NCBI GenBank assembly: GCA_937957805.1
Contig: CALFXW010000196.1
Span: 1-57,425, forward strand
DNA length: 57,425 bases
Origin: an uncultured Sphingopyxis sp.
GTDB lineage: Bacteria; Pseudomonadota; Alphaproteobacteria; Sphingomonadales; Sphingomonadaceae
Reading direction: 5' to 3'
Below are positions 1 through 9,605 of the stretch, in pieces. Every line of letters begins with the position of its first letter. The stretch's first letter is position 1. A program made the position numbers and the translations under genes. The notes beneath the pieces were generated by a model. That model made no database searches. It was not told where the DNA came from and was given only the letters and a program-made list of their open reading frames with translations.

Positions 1-50
1 ACTGAATCAGAACTCACGCCGCTTGGGAATCCTGTTTATGGGTATGTGAC

Positions 51-157
51 CTAGAGGCTTGTTTCGAATAGATTGAATCGAAACAGGCTCTAAATATCCT
101 TTTTTTTCCGTGATTTCCGAGCCGCGAAATGTTCCATTTCGCTCAAAATAACTCTAG
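51..157. repeat. Miniature inverted-repeat intergenic element, CIR/Bru-RS/RIME-like
   Basis: Terminal inverted repeats CTAGAG (51-56) and CTCTAG (152-157). Two internal hairpins (tagag..tgtttcga/tcgaaacaggctcta and cgaaatg/catttcg) are separated by a T-tract. There is an internal GANTC. Layout matches alphaproteobacterial ~105-bp intergenic repeats as I recall them. Confidence 0.75.
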
Positions 158-603
158 TCACGCGTCCAGCCGCTCGATCCGTGGATGATTTGATCGCGGT
201 GGCTACGTTGAAAGCCGCTGCGTGATGCTGTCGCCTTATGCTGAAGCGGGACAAAGCCCAATTGAGCATCGCGCGGCGTGATGCCACTGCCGCTCGCCGC
301 ACGCACTTGCAGGCTTTGGGGGTCAATCGGTTCATCAATATATAGGCCAAAGCCATCTTTACGCACCCAGCGCACCACAGCGCGGCGGATGTCGCCATTC
401 GGCAGATGGACCGACACCTCTTCGCACGGGACGAGCATTATGTCGCCGCGCGCCCCTATGCCATGGGGCGAGACATTGCGCACGACGACACGTTCACGCC
501 CGCCGCCGCCGCGCGAAATTTCGACCGACAACAGCTTGGACGTACGCGCCTCGCGCGCCGACTCATCGTGCCCCGCCGGGGGAGGTGACCAGTTCATCGA
601 CAT
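154..603 (-). CDS. PilZ domain-containing protein
   Basis: RxxxR-like motif (AREARTSKLL), then RNVSPHG (D/NxSxxG) and VVRWVRKDGFGL. Start taken at MSMNW (603). Confidence 0.8.
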   Translation of the reverse strand: MSMNWSPPPAGHDESAREARTSKLLSVEISRGGGGRERVVVRNVSPHGIGARGDIMLVPCEEVSVHLPNGDIRRAVVRWVRKDGFGLYIDEPIDPQSLQVRAASGSGITPRDAQLGFVPLQHKATASRSGFQRSHRDQIIHGSSGWTRD

Positions 604-790
604 GGGCGGGAACTTGCGCCTCATCAGTAAATAATCCCTTGCCAACCCCGCCATTTTGGCAACCGCGCTACCGCGCAAATGTTTCATATTGTGACGACAA
701 ACTGGCGTATCCTGCCGAAAATCCGGCGGTATCTGCAGCTCCTTACGGACGGTTTTGGCAGAAATTGGCGCTTTGCGAAGAGCCAAAAAT

Positions 791-806
791 TGGCATGGCT
801 TTTGCC
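791..806 (+). promoter_or_regulatory. Putative sigma54 (-24/-12) promoter
   Basis: TGGCATG-gctt-TTGCC versus consensus TGGCACG-N4-TTGCW. GG and GC are separated by 10 nt. Predicted TSS falls near the ATG at 818. Confidence 0.55.
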
Positions 807-817
807 TATATCCGACT

Positions 818-1099
818 ATGGATATTGACGATTTCGCACCCGATTTCTTTTCCGCGCGCATGAGGCTGCATCAGAATTTGGTCGCAAAACTGGCCAAAAC
901 CATCGATTCGCATGGCGAAGCTACCGTTACGGAATGCGGGATTTTGGCGCTAATCGATGCCGTATTGTGCTGGCCCGCGCCCTTGCGTGTCGGGCGGGAT
1001 GCCGCCTTTGCCCGCCATGCCGCCGCGATGGTGCGTAGCGCGATGATTGCCGCGATGCTTCAGGCGCGCGGCCGCCATGTTGCCACTCGCCAGAGGTAA
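818..1099 (+). CDS. Hypothetical small protein (93 aa)
   Basis: ORF MDIDDFAPDFF... fills the gap between the PilZ and DedA genes and follows the sigma54 motif. No recognisable domain. 3' end overlaps the DedA gene by 40 nt. Confidence 0.4.
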   Translation: MDIDDFAPDFFSARMRLHQNLVAKLAKTIDSHGEATVTECGILALIDAVLCWPAPLRVGRDAAFARHAAAMVRSAMIAAMLQARGRHVATRQR

Positions 1100-1662
1100 A
1101 ACACCACGAACAAAATGATCGATGCGATGACCACCGGGCCCAAATATTGGTCGAGCAGATCGGAAAAATGGAGGCCGAGATAATATCCGCCGGTGACCAA
1201 AACGGCATTCCAGCCCAATGTTCCGGCAAAAGTGTAGATGAGGAAACGCACATGGCCCATTTCGGCGAGGCCAGCGGGTAGCGATATCATCGTACGTAAA
1301 AAGGGCGACATGCGCAGGCCAAAAACCACCCAATGTCCATGGCGGCGAAGAAAGGCGGCGGCACGTTCGACATCCACCCAATCGATGGTCAGCCAACGAC
1401 CAAAGCGCCGCACCCATGGTTCGAGCCGGGCCAACCCCAGCCGCCGACCCAAAAGATACCAAGCATAATTGCCTGCCGTGCTGCCGATGCTGCCCGCGAG
1501 CAATAAGGGGGCAAGCTGCATCTGCCCCTTTGCCATCGCAATGCCGCCCAGCCCCATGATCAGTTCCGATGGCACCGGCGGGAAAATATTTTCAACCACC
1601 ATCAGGAAGGCAATGCCCCAATAGCCGCCATTTGCGACGAGCTGGATGATCCATTCGGTCAT
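1060..1662 (-). CDS. DedA family membrane protein
   Basis: ENIFPPVPSELIM, GSTAGNYAWY and RTMISLPAG motifs. Confidence 0.92.
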   Translation of the reverse strand: MTEWIIQLVANGGYWGIAFLMVVENIFPPVPSELIMGLGGIAMAKGQMQLAPLLLAGSIGSTAGNYAWYLLGRRLGLARLEPWVRRFGRWLTIDWVDVERAAAFLRRHGHWVVFGLRMSPFLRTMISLPAGLAEMGHVRFLIYTFAGTLGWNAVLVTGGYYLGLHFSDLLDQYLGPVVIASIILFVVFYLWRVATWRPRA

Positions 1663-1674
1663 CGCTGTCGAATA

Positions 1675-2652
1675 TCAGGCGGTCATGGCTTGGCGTGCGG
1701 CAAGCCGCACAGAAATTGCATCCCAGATCATCGCGGGGATGTTGCTGCCGTTGAAATTGTCGATGGCGACGATACCGGTCGGCGATGTGACGTTGATTTC
1801 GGTCAGCCATTTGCCCCCGATCACGTCGATACCGACGAACAACAGCCCACGTTTCTTGAGTTCGGGGCCGAGCGCGGCGCAAATTTCCTGTTCCGTCGCG
1901 CTGAGATCAGTTGGCTGGGCATAGCCGCCGGCGGCAAGGTTGGACCTTATTTCCCCCTTGCCCGGCATGCGGTTGATGGCGCCAGCAACCACGCCATCGA
2001 CAAGGACGATACGTTTGTCGCCGCCTGCCACTTCGGGCAGGAATGCCTGCACCATGAAAGGTTCGCGCCAGATTTTGCCGAATAATTCGGTAAGTGCGCC
2101 CAAATTGGACCCATCGGCACCGATGCGGAACACCGCGGCGCCTGCATTGCCATGCAGCGGTTTGACCACAATGTCGCCGTGAATCGCCTGAAACCGCCGC
2201 ACTTCGGCGATGTCGCGCGTAATCAGTGTTGGCGGCATGAAATGCGCATAATCGAGCACGAACAATTTTTCTGGCGCGTTGCGCACTTCACGCGGGTCAT
2301 TGATGATCAGCGTTTGGTCGGCGATGCGTTCGAGCAGGTGCGTGGCGGTGATATAGCCAAGGTCAAAGGGCGGGTCTTGGCGCATCAAAATGACATCGAC
2401 GTCATCGACAAGGTCGATACGCGCGGCATCGCCAAAGGTGAAATGCGCACCTTCGCGCCGTTCAACATGGGTAACAGGATGGGCCAGCGCAGTCAGGCGC
2501 GCATGGCTGCCATCCGAATCAAAGTTGAGAGTTTCGGGCAGATAATGCCAGATGTCATATCCGCGTGTCTGCCCCTCCAGCATCAGGGCAAAGCTGCTGT
2601 CGCCTGAAATATGGATATTTTCCATCGGATCCATTTGAACGGCGACGCGCAT
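1675..2652 (-). CDS. gshB: Glutathione synthetase
   Basis: MRVAVQMDP start, MRQDPPFD, RNAPEK, RSNLAAGG, EINVTSPTG. Confidence 0.97.
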   Translation of the reverse strand: MRVAVQMDPMENIHISGDSSFALMLEGQTRGYDIWHYLPETLNFDSDGSHARLTALAHPVTHVERREGAHFTFGDAARIDLVDDVDVILMRQDPPFDLGYITATHLLERIADQTLIINDPREVRNAPEKLFVLDYAHFMPPTLITRDIAEVRRFQAIHGDIVVKPLHGNAGAAVFRIGADGSNLGALTELFGKIWREPFMVQAFLPEVAGGDKRIVLVDGVVAGAINRMPGKGEIRSNLAAGGYAQPTDLSATEQEICAALGPELKKRGLLFVGIDVIGGKWLTEINVTSPTGIVAIDNFNGSNIPAMIWDAISVRLAARQAMTA

Positions 2653-2660
2653 CTGTCCGA

Positions 2661-3017
2661 CTATCCCTCTTTGACCCAGATATGGGGGAGATGGTGCGGC
2701 CAACGCCATGGCGCAAGTAAAATGGCATCAATTCGCACCTGATCGGTCGTTTTGGCATAGCGGGGTGCCAATATTTCGGCTGCGGCGACCACCCGGCGCA
2801 GGCTATGTGCATGGATGGCGTCGGTAAGTGTCGCAGCATCGGCGCGCCATTTCACCTCCACAAAGGCGATTGTGCGCCCGCGCCGCGCGATAATATCGAC
2901 CTCCCCATGGCCGACCCGCGCGCGTCGCGCCAAAATGCGCCAGCCCTTGGCGCGCAAATATAGCGCCGCCCAGCCTTCTGCCCGCCGCCCCCGTGCCTCG
3001 GCGCGCGCGCGGTTCAT
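2661..3017 (-). CDS. yraN: YraN family (UPF0102) putative endonuclease
   Basis: GEVDIIA..FVEVK..RIDAI; conserved position between rsmI and gshB. Confidence 0.92.
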   Translation of the reverse strand: MNRARAEARGRRAEGWAALYLRAKGWRILARRARVGHGEVDIIARRGRTIAFVEVKWRADAATLTDAIHAHSLRRVVAAAEILAPRYAKTTDQVRIDAILLAPWRWPHHLPHIWVKEG

Positions 3018-3856
3018 GTCTTGCCCTGAATTTCGAGCGCCATGGCATAGAGCTTGTCGCGTGCAACACCGCTTTGCCGCGCGACATCGCGTGCGGCACG
3101 GGCGGGCGGCGCGCGCTCCATCGCGGCGCGCAGTAAATCGCGCAGACCATCATCGTCCATGGGTGCGCTCTCCCCCGCCTTGGGTGGGGCGACGATGATG
3201 ACGATTTCCCCCTTGGGCGGGGTGGCAAAATGTTGAGCAAGTTCACGCAGGCTGCCCGACACGCCCGATTCGTGCAGTTTGCTGATTTCGCGCACGACAA
3301 ACCCATCCCGCTCGCCCAAAATCTCGGCCATTGCGGAGAGGCTGGCACCAAGCCGCTGGGCGCTTTCGTAAAAGACCAATGTTGCAGGGGTGGCAGCAAT
3401 TTCTTGGAGCGCGCTTTTGCGCGGTCCGGCGCGGGCGGGCAAAAAGCCGACGAACAGGAAACGGTCACTTGGCAATCCCGACATCGACAGCGCGGTAATG
3501 GCGGCATTGGGGCCGGGTAGCGCCGATATATGCACCCCCGCGGCGCGGGCATCGCGCACCAGCCGGTATCCGGGGTCGGAGATGAGCGGCGTGCCCGCAT
3601 CACAGCATAGCACAATAATTTCATGGGTCGCGCGGGCAATCAGCATGGCGCGCGCTGCATCGCTGGCATGGTCGTCATGCCGAACCAGGGGGCGTTTGAG
3701 GCCAATCAGGTGGAGCAATTTGCCGGTAACGCGTGTATCCTCACACGCGATGACATCGGCAGCGGCCAAAAGCGCATGCGAACGCGCGCTCAAATCGTCA
3801 AGGTTGCCGATCGGCGTTGGAACGATATAGAGACCGGCTTTGGGAGGCAGTGACAT
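3014..3856 (-). CDS. rsmI: 16S rRNA (cytidine1402-2'-O)-methyltransferase
   Basis: GLYIVPTPIGNLDD, CEDTRVT, DAGTPLISDPG, FYES, REISKLHE. Start at MSLPPK. Confidence 0.96.
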   Translation of the reverse strand: MSLPPKAGLYIVPTPIGNLDDLSARSHALLAAADVIACEDTRVTGKLLHLIGLKRPLVRHDDHASDAARAMLIARATHEIIVLCCDAGTPLISDPGYRLVRDARAAGVHISALPGPNAAITALSMSGLPSDRFLFVGFLPARAGPRKSALQEIAATPATLVFYESAQRLGASLSAMAEILGERDGFVVREISKLHESGVSGSLRELAQHFATPPKGEIVIIVAPPKAGESAPMDDDGLRDLLRAAMERAPPARAARDVARQSGVARDKLYAMALEIQGKT

Positions 3857-3866
3857 GACAGCGAAC

Positions 3867-5039
3867 ATGGCAGAAAATGGCATAGGGCGGCAAGGCTCGC
3901 GCTGGCTGCGGCATTTTGCCATGCTGTTTTTGGGGCTGATGCTCGCCGCCTGTAACACGATGGTGCCGCGCACTACCGCGCCGCCGCCCGAAACCACGAC
4001 AACGCCCGAAGTTGCAACCGGCCTGCCAACCGATACGGAGCGGCATCGTGTTGCGCTGTTGGTGCCGCAGACCGGCCCCGATGCGGCGGTGGGCGAATCA
4101 ATCGCCAATGCAACGACGATGGCGATTCTCGATTCGCGTTCGGACAGGGTGCGCATCACCATTTATGATACCGGCGCGGGTGCCGCTGCAGCAGCGCAAC
4201 AGGCGATTGCGGAGGGGAATAAGCTTATCCTCGGCCCGCTGCTGGCAGATGATGTGCGTGCGGTTGCCCCGATTGCCAGCGCGGCCAATGTGCCGCTGAT
4301 CAGTTTTTCGAACGACAGCAGCGTTGCCGGAAACGGCACATATTTGCTGGGCTTTGAACCCGGCCAGTCGGTGAACCGCGTTGTCGCCTATGCCCGCGCG
4401 CATGGGGTCAATAATTTCGGCGCGCTGGTGCCGCGCAGCGTTTATGGTGACCGTGCGCTCGCCGCGATGCGCGCGGCGGTAACACAGGCTGGCGGCACGC
4501 TGGTGTCCTCCCAAAGTTATGATCGTTCGGCGGCCGGCCTGTCGGGTGCGGCGCGGCAACTGGCGCGCACCGGCGGTATGGATGCGATATTGATTGCCGA
4601 CGCCGGCAGCACCGCCGTCCGCGCCATCCCCCTGTTGCGTGGTGCCGGGGCCGCAAATGCGCGGATTTTGGGCACTGAATTGTGGAATAATGAATCGGCG
4701 ATTGCCGCCAATGCGGCGATGCAAGGGGCATGGTTTGCCAGCGTTTCTGATGGGTTGTTTGCGCAAATGTCTGCACGATATCGCGAACGTTATGGCCGCA
4801 CCCCATATCGTATCGCCAGCCTTGGCTATGATGCGGTGCTGCTGACCGTTCGGATGGCGCGTGATTGGCGGCCGGGAACCAATTTCCCGCAAAATAGGCT
4901 GTTCGCCGCCGATGGTTTCGGCGGGGTCGACGGCATTTTCCGCTTTGACAATCGAGGGATTGCGGTGCGCGCGCTCGAAGTGAGTGAGGTGCGGGGCGGC
5001 GGCTTTACCGTGCTGGATGCCGCCCCGACCGCTTGGTAG
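3867..5039 (+). CDS. Penicillin-binding protein activator (LpoA/LppC-like periplasmic-binding-fold lipoprotein)
   Basis: Lipobox LAAC, VALLVPQTG, ILGPLLA, SLGYDAV. Divergent from rsmI, as in other proteobacteria. Start could be 3855. Confidence 0.85.
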   Translation: MAENGIGRQGSRWLRHFAMLFLGLMLAACNTMVPRTTAPPPETTTTPEVATGLPTDTERHRVALLVPQTGPDAAVGESIANATTMAILDSRSDRVRITIYDTGAGAAAAAQQAIAEGNKLILGPLLADDVRAVAPIASAANVPLISFSNDSSVAGNGTYLLGFEPGQSVNRVVAYARAHGVNNFGALVPRSVYGDRALAAMRAAVTQAGGTLVSSQSYDRSAAGLSGAARQLARTGGMDAILIADAGSTAVRAIPLLRGAGAANARILGTELWNNESAIAANAAMQGAWFASVSDGLFAQMSARYRERYGRTPYRIASLGYDAVLLTVRMARDWRPGTNFPQNRLFAADGFGGVDGIFRFDNRGIAVRALEVSEVRGGGFTVLDAAPTAW

Positions 5040-5041
5040 AA

Positions 5042-5695
5042 TTAGCCGATTTTCTGACCGGTCTTTGCCCAGTCGGCTAGGAAACCTTCGATCCCCTTGT
5101 CGGTCAGCACATGTTTGACCAGCCCGCGGATGACGGCAGGCGGCGCCGTCATGACATCGGCGCCGATTTTCGCGGCTTCAAGGACGTGGATGCCGTGTCG
5201 GACGCTGGCGACGAGGATTTCGGTGCCAAAATCATAATTGTCGTAAATCAGGCGAATGTCGGCGATGAGCTGCATGCCGTCGAACCCATTATCATCATGC
5301 CGTCCGACAAAGGGGGAAATGAAACTCGCCCCCGCTTTGGCCGCCAGTAAGGCTTGCGTCGCCGAAAAGCACAAGGTGACATTGACCATCGTGCCATCGC
5401 TGGTCAGCGCCTTGCACGTCTTTAATCCGTCGATGGTCAGCGGCACTTTTATGCAGACATTATCGGCGATTTTGCGCAAAATCTCCGCCTCACGCATCAT
5501 GCCTGCGTGGTCGAGCGCGACGACTTCGGCAGAAACCGGCCCGGAAACCAGTGCGCAGATTTCGCGGGTAACCTCCATAAAATCGCGCCCTGATTTGTGG
5601 ATCAGCGACGGGTTGGTGGTTACCCCGTCGAGCAGGCCAGTGGCGGCAAGTTCAGCAATGTCCGCCACATCGGCAGTATCGGCAAAAAATTTCAT
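5042..5695 (-). CDS. fsa: Transaldolase / fructose-6-phosphate aldolase (short TalC/Fsa family)
   Basis: [38 protein letters not shown]. Confidence 0.95.
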   Translation of the reverse strand: MKFFADTADVADIAELAATGLLDGVTTNPSLIHKSGRDFMEVTREICALVSGPVSAEVVALDHAGMMREAEILRKIADNVCIKVPLTIDGLKTCKALTSDGTMVNVTLCFSATQALLAAKAGASFISPFVGRHDDNGFDGMQLIADIRLIYDNYDFGTEILVASVRHGIHVLEAAKIGADVMTAPPAVIRGLVKHVLTDKGIEGFLADWAKTGQKIG

Positions 5696-5790
5696 AAGAC
5701 TTGCAGTCCCCTGTCCGGCGCGGCACCCACGTCGGGCGCGAATCAACTGCCGCGGGATATAGCGCGCGACGGGGGCGAGGGGTATTGGCT

Positions 5791-6465
5791 TTGCATATCA
5801 AAAAAATCGCGGCGACAGCGTTGTTGGCGCTGGCGGCATCCCCAGCCCATGCGGACAGTAAGAGCGAGGCGCAATTTTGGCTGACAAATTCGGTCAGCCT
5901 GCCGATTGACGACAAAATTTCGCTTACCGGCGATTTCATCTTACGCTCCCACCCCGACGCGCTCGATGTCGGGCAATATATTGCGCGCGTCGGTGTCCGC
6001 CGGTCATTGGGCAATGGCGCAGCCTTGCAAGCAACATACGGCTGGTTCGACAGCCGCAACCGGGCAGGCGCGAACGTCATCGAACATCGCTTGGGACAGA
6101 CATTGTCGATGCATGTCGCAGATTTTGGGGAATGGCGCATAGATGGCCGCGTCGGGCTGGAACAAAGGCTGCGTTCCACCGGGGGGGAAATGGGCTGGCG
6201 GGCGCGGGCACGGCTGCGCGCGACACGGCCTCTCAGCCACCACATCAGCCTGCACATCAGCGAAGAATTGATCGGAGCGCTCAACAACACCGCGTGGGGG
6301 CAGGCTGCGGGGTTGACAGCATCGCGTCTGGGCACGGGGGTAAATTACCGATTTTCCGACCATCTGGCGATCGGCCCCAGCTATAGCTGGCAGCGCGTGG
6401 TTGTCGCCGCCCGCCCCGACCGCAATAGTCATGTATTCGGGCTGACGATCGATGCTGATCTATAA
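5791..6465 (+). CDS. DUF2490-like outer-membrane beta-barrel protein
   Basis: Signal peptide ending [25 protein letters not shown], amphipathic beta strands. TTG start inferred. Confidence 0.8.
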   Translation: MHIKKIAATALLALAASPAHADSKSEAQFWLTNSVSLPIDDKISLTGDFILRSHPDALDVGQYIARVGVRRSLGNGAALQATYGWFDSRNRAGANVIEHRLGQTLSMHVADFGEWRIDGRVGLEQRLRSTGGEMGWRARARLRATRPLSHHISLHISEELIGALNNTAWGQAAGLTASRLGTGVNYRFSDHLAIGPSYSWQRVVVAARPDRNSHVFGLTIDADL

Positions 6466-7143
6466 CTAACCGGCACCTAACCCGAAAACCGCAATAATCA
6501 GCGGATCGTTGGTGGCCGCCGGGTTGGCGCGGATTGCCGCTTCCTCCGCTGCGATGGCGTTCCACAACCCCGCTTCCGCGCCCTCGACGACATGGCGGGT
6601 CAGCCCCGCCACATCGACCCCCGTCGCCGTGCGCAGCAATTGGGCGATGCGCGGGTCATTGGCGATCTGCATCGCATCGCCTACTGCCGGGAACATCGCG
6701 GTGATGAGCGCGCTGCCCAGCCCGCTGCGCAGCAGATCTGTCGCGCCATGCGGGCTGCCGCGCACCAATGCCATCGTATCCGCCACCGATAAATTATTGA
6801 TTGCCTGAGCAATTATCGGTGCGGCGCGCTCTGCCCCCGCTTCGGCAAAATCGTTCAGCCGACGCTGCATTTCCTGCCGCACCGCGCCGCTGGTTAAGAT
6901 TCGCGTGATGAGGCTGCGGTTCTCTGCCCATGCGCCCGGCAGTTCGAGGCGCGCCAACTGGCTGTCATAATAGCCGCCCGGCTGCAGCAAATAGGCAAAG
7001 GCACGCTGCGACGACAGGGTGAGCAGGCGGCGAATAGCTTCGGTCAAGCTAAAGCCGCTGGTGCTGGCACAGCCGCCCAGCATGACTGTCGCACAAATGG
7101 CGCTGCCGCCCGTCAGAAATTGCCGCTTGTTCCATTCCCGCAT
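6466..7143 (-). CDS. DUF4197 domain lipoprotein
   Basis: KRQFL Tat-like motif plus LGGC lipobox, AEAGAERAAP, EEAAIRANPA. Confidence 0.85.
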   Translation of the reverse strand: MREWNKRQFLTGGSAICATVMLGGCASTSGFSLTEAIRRLLTLSSQRAFAYLLQPGGYYDSQLARLELPGAWAENRSLITRILTSGAVRQEMQRRLNDFAEAGAERAAPIIAQAINNLSVADTMALVRGSPHGATDLLRSGLGSALITAMFPAVGDAMQIANDPRIAQLLRTATGVDVAGLTRHVVEGAEAGLWNAIAAEEAAIRANPAATNDPLIIAVFGLGAG

Positions 7144-7209
7144 CCTGCCCTCCCCACACCGACGCTCGCCAGTCTAGCCAAAAATCACCCCGCTACAATC
7201 GCCGCTGGC

Positions 7210-7224
7210 GTTCCCCACCTGTTC
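7210..7224 (+). promoter_or_regulatory. LexA (SOS) box, alphaproteobacterial type
   Basis: Exact GTTC-cccacct-GTTC (GTTC-N7-GTTC), 16 nt upstream of the radA ATG. Confidence 0.8.
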
Positions 7225-7240
7225 CAGTTACAGCAGCGCG

Positions 7241-8623
7241 ATGGCCAAGCCGCGCAAGAATTTCGTCTGCCAAAATTGCGGCAGCCTCGCCACCCGGTGG
7301 CAGGGGCAGTGCGATGATTGCGGCGCATGGAATAGTCTGGTTGAAGAGGCTGCCACGCCGACAATTTTTGCCGACAAGCATCATCTGGCATCGGGCGGGC
7401 GGCGTATTTCCTTTGAAGCTTTGGGCGGTGAGGATGCGCTGCCCGAACGGTTGGTGAGCGACATTGCCGAATTTGATCGCGCACTGGGCGGCGGGCTGGT
7501 GCGCGGGTCAGCCAGCCTGATCGGCGGCGATCCGGGGATTGGTAAATCGACCCTCCTCCTCCAAATTGCGGGACGATTGGCGCGGGCGGGTAAGCGCGTG
7601 ACCTATATTTCGGGGGAGGAGGCGGCGGCGCAGGTGCGCCTGCGCGCCGCACGTCTGGGCTATGGCGATGCGCCGGTGCAATTGGCCGCCGCAACGTCGG
7701 TGCGCGACATTTTGACAACGCTGGCCGCCGAAGCACCCAGCGACCTTGTCATCATCGATTCGATCCAGACGATGCATTCCGACACGATTGATTCGGCCCC
7801 CGGCACGGTCAGTCAGGTGCGCGCCAGTGCGTCCGAACTCATCCGTTTTGCCAAGGAAAGCGGATCGGCGCTGATCCTCGTCGGCCATGTGACAAAGGAC
7901 GGCTCGCTCGCCGGGCCGCGGGTGCTCGAACATATGGTTGATGCGGTGCTGGCGTTCGAGGGTGAACGCAGCCACCAATATCGCATCTTGCGCGCGGTCA
8001 AAAACCGTTTTGGCGGCACCGATGAAATCGGCGTTTTCGCGATGGAGGCGGACGGCCTTAGCGAGGTTGCCAACCCCAGCGCCCTCTTTCTGACCGACCG
8101 GCATGGCGAAGCGGCCCCCGGCGCAGTGGTATTCCCGGCGATGGAGGGGACACGCGCGGTTCTGGTCGAAATACAGGCATTGACCCTGCGGCTGGCCAGC
8201 GGGGCCACCCCGCGCCGCGCGGTGGTTGGTTGGGATGCCAGCCGACTGGCGATGATTTTGGCGGTGCTGGAGGCGCGGTGCGGCCTCTCCCTCTCCTCAG
8301 CCGAAGTATATTTGAACGTCGCGGGCGGATATCGCCTGTCCGACCCGGCGGCCGACCTTGCGGTCGCCTGTGCCATTGTATCGGCCTTTGCCGAACGGCC
8401 AATCCCCGCCGATTGCGTGCTGTTTGGCGAAATTGCGCTGTCGGGTGAATTGCGGCCGGTGGCGCATAGCGGCCTGCGGCTTAAGGAGGCGGCAAAGCTG
8501 GGTTTTGCGCGCGCCATCCTGCCCGCAACGGGGGATCAGGGCAGGTCGGGCCGTGCGTCGCTCACCCTCACCAGCCACGGACGGCTCAGCCAATGCGTTG
8601 ACCAAATATTGGGTAGGGGTTAG
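7241..8623 (+). CDS. radA: DNA repair protein RadA/Sms
   Basis: CxxC..CxxC zinc finger, Walker A GDPGIGKST, KNRFG motif, Lon-like C-terminus. Confidence 0.98.
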   Translation: MAKPRKNFVCQNCGSLATRWQGQCDDCGAWNSLVEEAATPTIFADKHHLASGGRRISFEALGGEDALPERLVSDIAEFDRALGGGLVRGSASLIGGDPGIGKSTLLLQIAGRLARAGKRVTYISGEEAAAQVRLRAARLGYGDAPVQLAAATSVRDILTTLAAEAPSDLVIIDSIQTMHSDTIDSAPGTVSQVRASASELIRFAKESGSALILVGHVTKDGSLAGPRVLEHMVDAVLAFEGERSHQYRILRAVKNRFGGTDEIGVFAMEADGLSEVANPSALFLTDRHGEAAPGAVVFPAMEGTRAVLVEIQALTLRLASGATPRRAVVGWDASRLAMILAVLEARCGLSLSSAEVYLNVAGGYRLSDPAADLAVACAIVSAFAERPIPADCVLFGEIALSGELRPVAHSGLRLKEAAKLGFARAILPATGDQGRSGRASLTLTSHGRLSQCVDQILGRG

Positions 8624-8634
8624 GCCGCACGCCG

Positions 8635-9174
8635 ATGGCCGATCCGACAATCTTTGACATATTGGTGCTGATTGCGCTCGCGACGGGCTTGATTTCGGGT
8701 TTTTTGCGCGGGCTGGTGCAGGAATTATTGTCGATCGCCGCTTTGGTCGCCGCCTTTATCGCGCTGCGTTTCGCGCATCTGCCGCTCAGCGATGCACTGG
8801 TACCAAAGGTGGGGGCTGGCGCACCGCTGCTCGCCTTTGCGCTGATCGTGGTGATTGTCGGCGGCGGGGGCAAATTTCTGGCGACCCGTATCGGCGCGCA
8901 AAGCCGGGCCAGCATGATCGGCCCTGTCGATCGCCTGCTCGGCGCGGGTTTCGGAATATTGAAGGCGTTGCTCATCGTCACCACCATTTTCATGCTGTTC
9001 ACCATCGGCCTGGGCATCTGGTATGGCGACCCCGAAGAACGGCCTGAATGGTTGGAATCCAGCCGCACCTATCCCCTGTTGCGTGCCAGCGGCAGCGTTG
9101 TTTCCGCCATCGTCGCAGAACGGCTGGCGAGTGATGGCGCTTTGGATGCGGCATCGCGGCGAGCCGAGCCATGA
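8635..9174 (+). CDS. cvpA: CvpA family protein
   Basis: GFLRGLVQE, DRLLGAGFG, about 4 TM segments; follows radA. Confidence 0.93.
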   Translation: MADPTIFDILVLIALATGLISGFLRGLVQELLSIAALVAAFIALRFAHLPLSDALVPKVGAGAPLLAFALIVVIVGGGGKFLATRIGAQSRASMIGPVDRLLGAGFGILKALLIVTTIFMLFTIGLGIWYGDPEERPEWLESSRTYPLLRASGSVVSAIVAERLASDGALDAASRRAEP

Positions 9175-9605
9175 CCGGCAATTTATATAGTCCGGAGATT
9201 TTGCGATTGGCGATGATTGCGGGCACGCACCCACGGCTCGCGTTGCCCGACGCCAGCGTTTCGGCGCGCACGCCGGTCTGCGGCAGTTCGATCACCACCG
9301 ACATTGCCATGGATGGTGATGGCCGCGTGGCGGCGGTTGGGTTTGATCTCTCGGCCTGCGCCTTTGGTCAGGCAGCGGCGGGGCTGTTCGCGCAAGGGGC
9401 GGTCGGTCGCACCGCCGAACAATTGGCGCTGGCAGCAGAGGGGCTGGCGGCATGGCTGGGTGGATATCGCGCGGTGCCGCCCGACTGGCCGCAGATGGAG
9501 GCGCTGGTACCCGCGCGGCAACGCAGCGCGCGGCATGAGGCAATTTTGCTTGCCTTTCGTAGCGGCGCATCGGCGGCGCAACGCGCCATGCTGGGGCGTG
9601 CCTGA
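9171..9605 (+). CDS. NifU_N/IscU-like Fe-S scaffold family protein
   Basis: PVCGS and ACAFGQAAA motifs, ARH near the C-terminus. Confidence 0.85.
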   Translation: MTGNLYSPEILRLAMIAGTHPRLALPDASVSARTPVCGSSITTDIAMDGDGRVAAVGFDLSACAFGQAAAGLFAQGAVGRTAEQLALAAEGLAAWLGGYRAVPPDWPQMEALVPARQRSARHEAILLAFRSGASAAQRAMLGRA

